Positions 11,825-18,743 are shown, counted from the first letter of the stretch. The stretch is DNA of 32,000 nt from Maribacter forsetii DSM 18668 (GCF_000744105.1 NZ_JQLH01000001.1:3637964-3669963), one strand, 5' to 3'. Numbers and translations: made by a program. The notes: generated by a model not told the origin, from the sequence alone.

Positions 11825-12731
11825 TACGCTCTGCTATTCTTAATTTTGCACTACGTGCTCTGTTATTCAATTTTATTTCCTCTTTAGTCGGCACTATCAA
11901 TCCACCAACCTTTTTTAACGGTACATCTATATTGCCGTAAAAATCTTTTTCCGGCTCTCCTTCAAACTGTCCTGCTCTTATAAATCTTTTTACAAGCCTG
12001 TCTTCTAAAGAGTGGTAGCTAATTACACTTAGCCTTCCTTTTTCATTCAATAAACCTGGAGCCTGCTCCAAAAACTCTTTGATCACTTCTATCTCTTGAT
12101 TCACCTCTATGCGAATCGCTTGATATATCTGTGCCAATATTTTATGTTGCCTATGTTCCGGCAAAAACTGCTTCAACACTGTTTTCAATGCATCGGTAGT
12201 CTGTATCTCTTCTTCTTCCCTACTGGCAACAATTACTTTTGCCATGGCGTTCGCGTTTCTAATATCGCCGTACTCGAACAACACCTTACGCAAGTCATCA
12301 TATGAGTACTTATTCACTACCTCAAAAGCTGATAGTGTATTGCGCTTGCTCATTCGCATATCCAAATCCGCATCAAAACGCGTAGAGAATCCTCTTTCCG
12401 CTTGATCAAACTGATGCGATGACACTCCGTAATCCGCAAGAATACCATCTACCTTCTTTATGCCATAGAACTTTAAAAACTGGGTGATGTATCTAAAATT
12501 CTCCGCTATCAGCGTAAATCTTGGGTCACCTAATGCATTTGCCTGCGCATCCTCATCTTGATCAAAGGCATATAATTTGCCTTCCTTGCCCAATCTTTTT
12601 AATATCTCTTTAGAGTGACCGCCACCACCAAATGTCACATCTACATATATACCATCTTCTTTGATGTTTAAACCGTCTACCGATTCTTTCAGCAATACAG
12701 GATTATGATACATCTCCACTTGGTTTTTCAC
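11811..12731 (-). CDS. rsmH: 16S rRNA (cytosine1402-N4)-methyltransferase RsmH/MraW
   Basis: 306 aa. Has YHNPVLLKESVDGL, DVTFGGGGHS and the SYHSLEDRLVK motifs. The true start may be the internal Met (MYHNPVLL, start at 12713). Confidence 0.93.
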   Translation of the reverse strand: MKNQVEMYHNPVLLKESVDGLNIKEDGIYVDVTFGGGGHSKEILKRLGKEGKLYAFDQDEDAQANALGDPRFTLIAENFRYITQFLKFYGIKKVDGILADYGVSSHQFDQAERGFSTRFDADLDMRMSKRNTLSAFEVVNKYSYDDLRKVLFEYGDIRNANAMAKVIVASREEEEIQTTDALKTVLKQFLPEHRQHKILAQIYQAIRIEVNQEIEVIKEFLEQAPGLLNEKGRLSVISYHSLEDRLVKRFIRAGQFEGEPEKDFYGNIDVPLKKVGGLIVPTKEEIKLNNRARSAKLRIAERNGEK

Positions 12732-13176
12732 CTAACATTACACGCTTTGCCAACTTCACCTTCTCTTCTTTCGTTGCGTTTATAGATTCGTCATACGCCT
12801 TCTTGTCCCAAATCTCTAATCTTTTACCAATTGGTGCAATCACCACTTCTTTGGTAATACCACCTAATGAAATAATGTCTTTAGGTATCAATAATCTACC
12901 GGTAGCATCTACTTCTACTTGACGAAGCCCCGCAGTATACATTCTTATGAACTGTAGGTTTTCTTCATCGAACCTGCTCTTTTCGTTCAATTCTGCCATT
13001 ACTCTGTGCCACTCGTAAGCAGGGTATAATTCTAAACACTCGCTCAAATATGATTTTTTGATAAAGAAGCCATCTTTTAAGATCGGAGCCACTTGATTGC
13101 GCAGCGCAACAGGGAGCATAATACGCCCCTTAGCATCAGCTTTGCAGTTAAATGTCCCAAAGAAAAAGATGTCCAA
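12703..13176 (-). CDS. mraZ: transcriptional regulator MraZ (start re-assigned to an in-frame TTG)
   Basis: The ORF-track version (to 13368, 221 aa) is too long for MraZ. An in-frame TTG (complement of 13174-13176) gives 157 aa starting (M)DIFFFGTFNCKADAKGRIMLP. This carries the two tandem MraZ/SpoVT-AbrB half-domains (…DAKGRIMLP… and …DATGRLLIP…). Confidence 0.85.
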   Translation of the reverse strand: MDIFFFGTFNCKADAKGRIMLPVALRNQVAPILKDGFFIKKSYLSECLELYPAYEWHRVMAELNEKSRFDEENLQFIRMYTAGLRQVEVDATGRLLIPKDIISLGGITKEVVIAPIGKRLEIWDKKAYDESINATKEEKVKLAKRVMLGEKPSGDVS

Positions 13177-13202
13177 ATTGGTTCTGTTTAGTTTATATAA
13201 CT

Positions 13203-13267
13203 CAAATATATAAATATTATTACCACATTTTACCACTAAAAACCACTTTGTTAATAAATTACCCCAC
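13203..13267 (-). promoter_or_regulatory. dcw promoter region: Bacteroidetes-type -7 box plus phased GTGG direct repeats (putative MraZ operator)
   Basis: Read on the minus strand. TATATTTG (complement of 13203-13210) fits TAnnTTTG and lies about 27 nt upstream of the TTG start. GTGG boxes (complement of 13223-26, 13233-36, 13243-46 and 13264-67) are spaced 10, 10 and 21 bp apart. MraZ operators in other bacteria are direct repeats with about 10-bp phasing. Confidence 0.45.
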
Positions 13268-13439
13268 TTTTGAACACGTTTTTGCACTTCATCGGATTTT
13301 ATGGGATAATTTTCCCACTCAGCCCCTAAATCTTGAAAAAGTGAATTCTTAAAGTTTCTTGTGGTCACCTTATCGAAAAGAGTTGTTTGCTATTCTCGGT
13401 AATTACCTATATTTGGACAATTACTGATGAGTAGTGCGC

Positions 13440-14204
13440 ATGGAAAACGAATTGATCAACGACGGAGGATTTAAGTATATAGAAAAAGGCGAAGGAAAAC
13501 CCATTATTATTCTACACGGATTAATGGGCGGACTCAGTAATTTTGAGGGAGTGAATACTTATTTCCCTCCTAAAGGTTACAAAGTACTGATTCCTGAATT
13601 GCCCCTATACTCAATGCCGATGTTAAAGACAACGGTAAAGAATTTTGCCAAATACCTTAAGAAATTCATTGACTATAAAGAGCTGGATGATGTTATTCTT
13701 TTAGGCAACTCTTTAGGTGGCCATATTGGTCTTTTACACACCAAATTATACCCTGCCAAAGTAAAAGCTTTGGTGATTACCGGTAGTTCTGGACTTTATG
13801 AAAGCGCTATGGGCGATGGTTACCCAAAACGTGGTGATTATGAGTTCATTAAAAAGAAGGCACAAGATGTTTTCTATGACCCGGCAGTTGCCACCAAAGA
13901 GATTGTAGATGAAGTTTTTGCTACGGTCAATGATCGTGTAAAATTGGTGAAGACTTTGGCAATTGCAAAAAGTGCCATTCGCCATAACATGGCGCAAGAT
14001 CTACCTAGCATGAAAACCCCTACTTGTATTATATGGGGAAAAAATGATACGGTTACTCCGCCAGACGTTGCAGAACTGTTCGATGAGCTTTTACCTAATT
14101 CAGATTTATTTTGGATGGATAAATGTGGACATGCACCTATGATGGAGCACCCAGACCAATTCAATACCATTCTTGATGAGTGGTTGACGAAAAACAATTT
14201 CTAA
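13440..14204 (+). CDS. alpha/beta-fold hydrolase
   Basis: Has the oxyanion-region motif ILHGLMGG, the nucleophile elbow GNSLGG and a C-terminal [10 protein letters not shown] (catalytic His region). The track starts at GTG 13434, but ATG 13440 is more likely. Confidence 0.8.
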   Translation: MENELINDGGFKYIEKGEGKPIIILHGLMGGLSNFEGVNTYFPPKGYKVLIPELPLYSMPMLKTTVKNFAKYLKKFIDYKELDDVILLGNSLGGHIGLLHTKLYPAKVKALVITGSSGLYESAMGDGYPKRGDYEFIKKKAQDVFYDPAVATKEIVDEVFATVNDRVKLVKTLAIAKSAIRHNMAQDLPSMKTPTCIIWGKNDTVTPPDVAELFDELLPNSDLFWMDKCGHAPMMEHPDQFNTILDEWLTKNNF

Positions 14205-14215
14205 ATACCCTACGG

Positions 14216-14830
14216 ATGAAAATAAAGTCGGCCGACTTTGTAATGAGCAACTCTGATGTTGCCAAATGCCCGAAAGAGCCTTTACCCGAGTACGCCTTTA
14301 TTGGTCGTTCTAACGTTGGTAAGTCTTCTTTGATCAATATGTTGACCGAGCGTAAAAGCTTGGCAAAAACATCTGGCAGACCTGGTAAGACACAATTGAT
14401 CAACCATTTTAAAATCAATGAAAATTGGTTTCTGGTAGATTTACCCGGTTACGGTTATGCCCGTGTTTCTAAAAGAGATAAAAATACCTTTCAAAAATAT
14501 ATCACCAATTACTTTTTACAACGAGAGCAGCTAGTGTGTTCTTTTGTACTTGTAGATATTCGCCATGATCCACAACCTATAGATATGGAGTTCATGCAGT
14601 GGATGGGTGAAAACGGAGTACCTTTTGCCATTATCTTCACCAAAGCAGATAAATTGAAACCGAAAGCCATTGAGCGCCAGGTAAAACAATATCTGGACAA
14701 ACTTTTAGCCGATATGTGGGAAGAAGCACCGCCACATTTTGTAACCAGCTCTAGCCACCGTAGCGGTCGTGATGAAGTACTGGCGTACATAGATGATATC
14801 AACGAGAAGTTTTTTGAGGCAACGAAGTAG
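14216..14830 (+). CDS. engB: ribosome-biogenesis GTPase YihA/YsxC (EngB)
   Basis: Has G1 [13 protein letters not shown]3 DLPGYG and G4 TKADK. The track starts at GTG 14180, inside the upstream gene. ATG 14216 ([11 protein letters not shown]…) matches typical EngB N-termini. Confidence 0.9.
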   Translation: MKIKSADFVMSNSDVAKCPKEPLPEYAFIGRSNVGKSSLINMLTERKSLAKTSGRPGKTQLINHFKINENWFLVDLPGYGYARVSKRDKNTFQKYITNYFLQREQLVCSFVLVDIRHDPQPIDMEFMQWMGENGVPFAIIFTKADKLKPKAIERQVKQYLDKLLADMWEEAPPHFVTSSSHRSGRDEVLAYIDDINEKFFEATK

Positions 14831-14857
14831 TTGTTGGTTGTTGGTTGTTCGTTTTTT

Positions 14858-14876
14858 AACGCTGCGCGTTTTTTGT
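14858..14876 (+). terminator. weak intrinsic-terminator-like hairpin plus T-run downstream of engB (a second copy lies at 14930-14947)
   Basis: AACGC-TGC-GCGTT is a 5-bp stem with a 3-nt loop, followed by TTTTT(T)G. The same module, with one loop change, lies at 28574-28590 after the 27821-28426 gene. The stem is short, so function is uncertain. Confidence 0.3.
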
Positions 14877-15402
14877 ATTAAGTACTTGTTCTAGTGTTCA
14901 GTTGGCAGTATCAGTTGGCAGTTTTTTTTAACGCTGCGCGTTTTTTGTATTAAGTATTAAGTACATAGCTGTTTGTGTTAGTTCTTTGTACTTCGTACTC
15001 AGAGCTGTTCGCTTTTTGCTATTCTCTTTACATTGCACATCCACTACTTAATACTTTGTACTTATTACTTTGTACTCTTTAATTACTTACGGCTTCATAC
15101 GCTGTACTTTTTACTCTTTAAAACCGAAATGTCACTTCGAGCGCAGTCGAGAACTTTGGAACACGAATCACTTCGGCTGCGCTCAGCGACCGAGTAAGCT
15201 CTACGACCGAGTGAGACCAACAACCAACAACCAAAAACCATCAACCAAGCGGGACCAACAACCAAATACAGAACACACCTTCAACAGATTGCCACGTCAC
15301 GATAAGCTCCTCGCAAAGACGAATATTAAAATCTCTCCGTCATAGCGAGCAAAGCGCGGCTATATGCTTATTTGGAACACGACACCCATCTCGTAAACGC
15401 AT

Positions 15403-15547
15403 TGTCAGTTCGAGTGATTTTAGCATGAGTGCAACGAAAGCCTAAAATTGTATCGAGAACCCTTGCGTGTTCCAAACCTGTTCTCGATACCCTCCTTATC
15501 GGCGGGCAAGCGAATTTCTAGTACCTCGAAATTCACTCGAACTGACA
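15403..15547. repeat. long-hairpin (MITE/REP-like) element, copy 1
   Basis: The outer inverted repeat is tgtcagttcgagtga (15403-15417) / tcactcgaactgaca (15533-15547). The inner inverted repeat is tatcgagaac (15451-15460) / gttctcgata (15480-15489). These flank the conserved apical sequence gcgtgttccaaacct. Related copies lie at 28663-28788 and 28885-29030. Confidence 0.8.
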
Positions 15548-15721
15548 GTGGTACTCGCTAACGAAAACATCTGAAAACTGAAACTGCTTACTGAAAACTT
15601 CCTCGTCAACGTCATAGCGAGCAAAACGCGGCTATCTTTTTGTTTGGAACACGAATCACTTCGGCTACGCTCAGCGACCGAGTAAGCTCAGAGACAGAGT
15701 AAGACCGACAACCGACAACCA

Positions 15722-16084
15722 TCAACTAAGCGTAGCGATCAACTCCTCCACCGTCTCCATAGCATTCAACTTCTCGGCAGACACCAACACCTCTAGGTCA
15801 TGATCTGTTTCTACCAATATAATAGGATAGGTATACTTATGCCCAAATTTGCTTTTATAGTTTTCTTGAAATTCATCTTTATGAAAGAATTCTAACTCGT
15901 AGCCTTTAGCTAACAAACTTTCCCTAAACCCTTTCCACTGCTTGTTCTCGGTAAAACTACCATAGGTTAAACTGCAGAGATTGCAGTTATAGGTAGCTGG
16001 GTTAATGATTTTATGGGCGAAATCTAGCATTTTACTGCCCGTATCGCTATTGGCATTATAGATAAATAGAATTTTCTTTGACAT
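15722..16084 (-). CDS. small conserved hypothetical protein, possibly thioredoxin/glutaredoxin-like fold
   Basis: 120-aa ORF with normal composition. It has a CNLC motif (YNCNLCSLTYG) in the pattern beta-strand (ILFIYNA), then CxxC, then YPIILV. This resembles small glutaredoxin-like proteins common in Bacteroidota. Function not established. Confidence 0.55.
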   Translation of the reverse strand: MSKKILFIYNANSDTGSKMLDFAHKIINPATYNCNLCSLTYGSFTENKQWKGFRESLLAKGYELEFFHKDEFQENYKSKFGHKYTYPIILVETDHDLEVLVSAEKLNAMETVEELIATLS

Positions 16085-16268
16085 GACCTTTTGGTCGTAA
16101 AAATACCCAAACCATACATATTTTTTAACCGATTATGGTTTCCCGTAATGGAGTTTGAAATGTTAATTGTAGGTTTATTCTTTAGTGGTATATTAGCTAA
16201 GTAAGCTTAACCCTCCAAAACAGGAAATAAACGTACTCTGGTCAGTTTATACGTACGTTGGCATTAAT

Positions 16269-17174
16269 TTGAACAAAATGAGAGTATTCATATCACATAG
16301 TAGTAAGGACAAAAAATTTGTTCGATTATTAAAAGACAGTTTATTAGAAAATAGTATTGAAACTTGGTTTGACGAAGACCAACTTGATTTAGGAGATAAA
16401 TTGGTTAATAAACTTGAAAATGCTTTAGATGATTCCTCGCATTTAGTAATCATTTTATCACCTTCCTCTATAAATTCTGATTGGGTAAATTTTGAATTGA
16501 AAAGAGCTATTAAAAATAATCGCACTGGATTGAATTCAAAAATAATTCCTATAAAATATAAAGAATGTAATGTTCCTGATGAAATTTCGGATTTACTTCA
16601 TGCAGATTTAACCGATGAAGTTGTTCTTCCCGACAATGATAGAGTTAAATTTATTTCAAGTGGTTTTGATAGTTTTTTTCTGAAATTAGTACGAACGATT
16701 AGAAATTCTGCAAAAACAATTACTAAAGCCGAAAAAGAAGAAATTTTAAAATCTATAAAAGCAAGTAAGCAAGCAGTAGACAAACATCAAAAATCAATTC
16801 ATAGGGGGAATTATAAATTAATAGGATACACAACGCTTGAATCAAGGAAAAAATTCCAAAATAAACTTAAAGGAAGAGTAGATAAAGTTGAGTCTATTGA
16901 AGACATCAAACCATTACTACTCCCTTATAGTTTGAAAACAGTTTATAAACCCGAATTGGGAATAAAGTTAATGGTTGAAGGAGACGAACTACCATTTGGT
17001 ACTGAAGCACATTTCGCAGGTTATAGGAATGACGATTTAGCAATTGCTGTTGATAAAAGAACTCGAGACGGAATAATGATTGATTTTGATAATTATTATC
17101 AAATAGAAATTGATCCAGAAAAAGATTTGATAAGGTTCGTGAATAAAATAAAAACTAATGCAAACACCGTATAA
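16269..17174 (+). CDS. TIR-domain protein with an uncharacterised ~170-aa C-terminal domain
   Basis: Residues about 4-130 read RVFISHSSKDKKFVRLLKDSL…WFDEDQLDLGDKL…LVIILSPSSINSDWVNFELKRAI. This is a canonical bacterial TIR pattern, with the conserved Glu at residue 76. The C-terminal half has no motif I recognise. Confidence 0.9.
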   Translation: MNKMRVFISHSSKDKKFVRLLKDSLLENSIETWFDEDQLDLGDKLVNKLENALDDSSHLVIILSPSSINSDWVNFELKRAIKNNRTGLNSKIIPIKYKECNVPDEISDLLHADLTDEVVLPDNDRVKFISSGFDSFFLKLVRTIRNSAKTITKAEKEEILKSIKASKQAVDKHQKSIHRGNYKLIGYTTLESRKKFQNKLKGRVDKVESIEDIKPLLLPYSLKTVYKPELGIKLMVEGDELPFGTEAHFAGYRNDDLAIAVDKRTRDGIMIDFDNYYQIEIDPEKDLIRFVNKIKTNANTV

Positions 17175-17336
17175 AAATAATTGCGATTTAGTGCTTAATC
17201 AAAGGTCGTTGCGTGTTTGTAACTTCTGATTTTCCTTCGGAAAATCCTCGCATAAAAATCCACAACTATTATTATACAAATACGTTGCAGCCAATGCAAA
17301 TCAGACATTACAGAAAGTTAAAAAACAACCAAAATT

Positions 17337-17894
17337 ATGAGTAAAAACTATAGCGCGTTTTATGTTAGTGAGCCTTTTAGTGAATCATCTCTTGGAGCGC
17401 ATGCTACCAAAGATTTTTGTTATTATAGTATATTAAAGGCATGGAAAGGTTCTGACTCTTCTTTTCCTTTTAATAATGCTCATGACACAACTTATAATGT
17501 TCGTGATAACAGTGACTGGGAATTAACACTTAAACCAAGACTGAGGCAAAGATTAAGAAACTCTAAAAACATCATATTATTTTTAAGTGAAAATACAAAA
17601 AGTTCTAGAGCGTTGAGAGAAGAAATAGATTATGGAACTAATACATTAAACCTTCCAATAATTGTTATTTATCCAGACTTAAAAACAAAAGAAGATTTAC
17701 TAAATAATGCTAATACTGGCTTGAATAATATTGTGAAAGCATTGTGGAACAAGCTACCAATTTTTAGAGATTCAAAATCGAACGTGCCTGTGCTACATGT
17801 TCCAATGAACAAAGTGATTATTCGGAAAGCATTAAATAATGTCAATTTAAGGGAGGGTTCTAAAAAAGAAGCTGGAGACTATTTTTATAACTAA
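17337..17894 (+). CDS. ThsB-like TIR-like domain protein (DUF1863 / MTH538-type)
   Basis: 185 aa. The pattern AFYVSEPF…FNNAHD…LKPRLRQRLRNSKNIILFLSENTKSSRALREEIDYG…LPIIVIYPD parallels the ThsB pattern FFSFHY…LK..I…VLIG..T..RRWV.YEI…IIGI. A Glu (E96) sits at the ThsB catalytic position. This is a memory-based alignment, not a search. Confidence 0.7.
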   Translation: MSKNYSAFYVSEPFSESSLGAHATKDFCYYSILKAWKGSDSSFPFNNAHDTTYNVRDNSDWELTLKPRLRQRLRNSKNIILFLSENTKSSRALREEIDYGTNTLNLPIIVIYPDLKTKEDLLNNANTGLNNIVKALWNKLPIFRDSKSNVPVLHVPMNKVIIRKALNNVNLREGSKKEAGDYFYN

Positions 17895-17900
17895 GTAAAT

Positions 17901-18743
17901 ATGAAAGTTAATTTTTTAGATAAAAATGTAAGAAACAAATTCTGGATTTACTTTTCAGTAATTTCTGGTATTTTGTCATTCATATTACTTTTTAATATCA
18001 TTCCTGACCAATACAACAATTGTTTAAAATACTTTGGTTATGCAGCATTTGTAGTATTAATTTTGATTTATTTATTTATTTGGTACAGAGCTAATAATCT
18101 TACCAATATAAATATTGATATTGAGGGCAGTAATGTAAATATCAAATGCGGAGACTTATTTTCTGAGAAAGGACTAAAAACAATACCTTTTAATGAATTC
18201 TTTGACACAATAGTAGATGATAAAATTATATCCAATAAATCTCTTAACGGTATTTTTATTAATCGATTTTTTAATGATAATCTAAATGAACTTGATACAT
18301 TTATTGTAGAAAATTCAGATAGTTCAGATATAATTGACAACGAATTTGAAAGGACAAGAGGAGGTAAAAAAGTTAAATTTAAACTTAGTACATTATTTGT
18401 GCATGATGATTATATAATAACTGCATTTTCTAAGTTTGACGAACATAATAAGGCAACTTTGACTATGCCTGAATACATAGAATTTTTAATTAACTTTTGG
18501 GATAGAGTCAACCGCATTTATGCACAAAAAAATGTTTCTGTTCCCATTTTTGGCTCTGGGATAACTCGACTGAAAGAGCACAAAAATATAGGTGACGAGG
18601 ATTTATTAAAGATAATGCTATGGACATTTAAACTAAGTGAAATGAAATTCAAATATCCCGCAAAACTATCAATAATAATTCATGAGGATAAAATTGACCA
18701 AATCAATCTATACAATTTAAAATCTATTGAACTTGGATTGTAA
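17901..18743 (+). CDS. membrane-anchored (2 TM) protein with a Macro-like C-terminal domain; candidate Thoeris type II ThsA-like effector
   Basis: Starts 6 nt after the previous stop. The TM helices are at about residues 14-34 (FWIYFSVISGILSFILLFNII) and 44-62 (YFGYAAFVVLILIYLFIWY). The soluble domain (~70-280) carries VNIKCGDLF…IPFNEFFDT and SVPIFGSGITR, which resemble the two Macro-domain ligand loops (GD…N and P-x-x-G-[ST]-G). The domain call is inferential. Confidence 0.55.
   Translation: MKVNFLDKNVRNKFWIYFSVISGILSFILLFNIIPDQYNNCLKYFGYAAFVVLILIYLFIWYRANNLTNINIDIEGSNVNIKCGDLFSEKGLKTIPFNEFFDTIVDDKIISNKSLNGIFINRFFNDNLNELDTFIVENSDSSDIIDNEFERTRGGKKVKFKLSTLFVHDDYIITAFSKFDEHNKATLTMPEYIEFLINFWDRVNRIYAQKNVSVPIFGSGITRLKEHKNIGDEDLLKIMLWTFKLSEMKFKYPAKLSIIIHEDKIDQINLYNLKSIELGL

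Larger units (their letters stand above)
14831..15720. repeat. gene-free mosaic of short interspersed repeat modules
   Basis: Contains (GTTGTTG)x3 at 14830-14850. A 33-bp direct repeat ttttttaacgctgcgcgttttttgtattaagta occurs at 14852-14884 and 14924-14956. A 46-bp direct repeat occurs at 15156-15201 and 15644-15689, with 1 mismatch. cgtcatagcgagcaaa[g/a]cgcggctat occurs at 15338-15363 and 15610-15635. An ACCAACA-type heptamer run spans about 15217-15265. A long hairpin spans 15403-15547. The modules recur at 26.7 and 28.4-29.1 kb. Confidence 0.9.

Noticed and set aside
12703-13368. 221-aa version of mraZ starting at ATG 13368
   Set aside because: The N-terminal ~64 residues have no MraZ similarity and cover the GTGG-box/-7-box promoter region. 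An in-frame TTG at 13176 gives a canonical-length MraZ that starts right before the first DAKGR motif.
13434-14215. Track start codons GTG 13434 (hydrolase) and GTG 14180 (engB)
   Set aside because: ATG codons 6 and 36 nt downstream give N-termini typical of the families. GTG 14180 would also place the engB start inside the upstream gene.
15070-15345. 91-aa plus-strand ORF inside the repeat mosaic
   Set aside because: It is made entirely of repeat modules, giving a low-complexity PTTNNQKPSTK tract from the ACCAACA heptamers. It has no plausible start context and reads through elements that also occur in the opposite orientation elsewhere.
15403-15547. tRNA, tmRNA or another known small RNA in the repeat regions, prompted by the gttcgag word that resembles a T-arm
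   Set aside because: No cloverleaf can be drawn. There is no GGTTCGAATCC-type T-loop with an acceptor stem and no CCA context. The sequence is a long perfect inverted repeat present in three copies.
16247-16525. 92-aa minus-strand ORF antisense to the TIR gene. Also the many 60-140-aa antisense ORFs within dcw and other genes (for example 249-485, 6356-6772, 13874-14197, 14509-14802, 25174-25509)
   Set aside because: Each is fully embedded in a longer ORF on the other strand or frame that has clear family motifs. Their sequences are low-complexity or motif-free.
17228-17246. Hairpin gattttcc-ttc-ggaaaatc between the TIR and ThsB-like genes as an intrinsic terminator
   Set aside because: The 8-bp stem is AT-rich and is followed by ctcgcataaaaa, not a T-tract. 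I cannot tell a terminator from a chance palindrome, so it is mentioned only as context.
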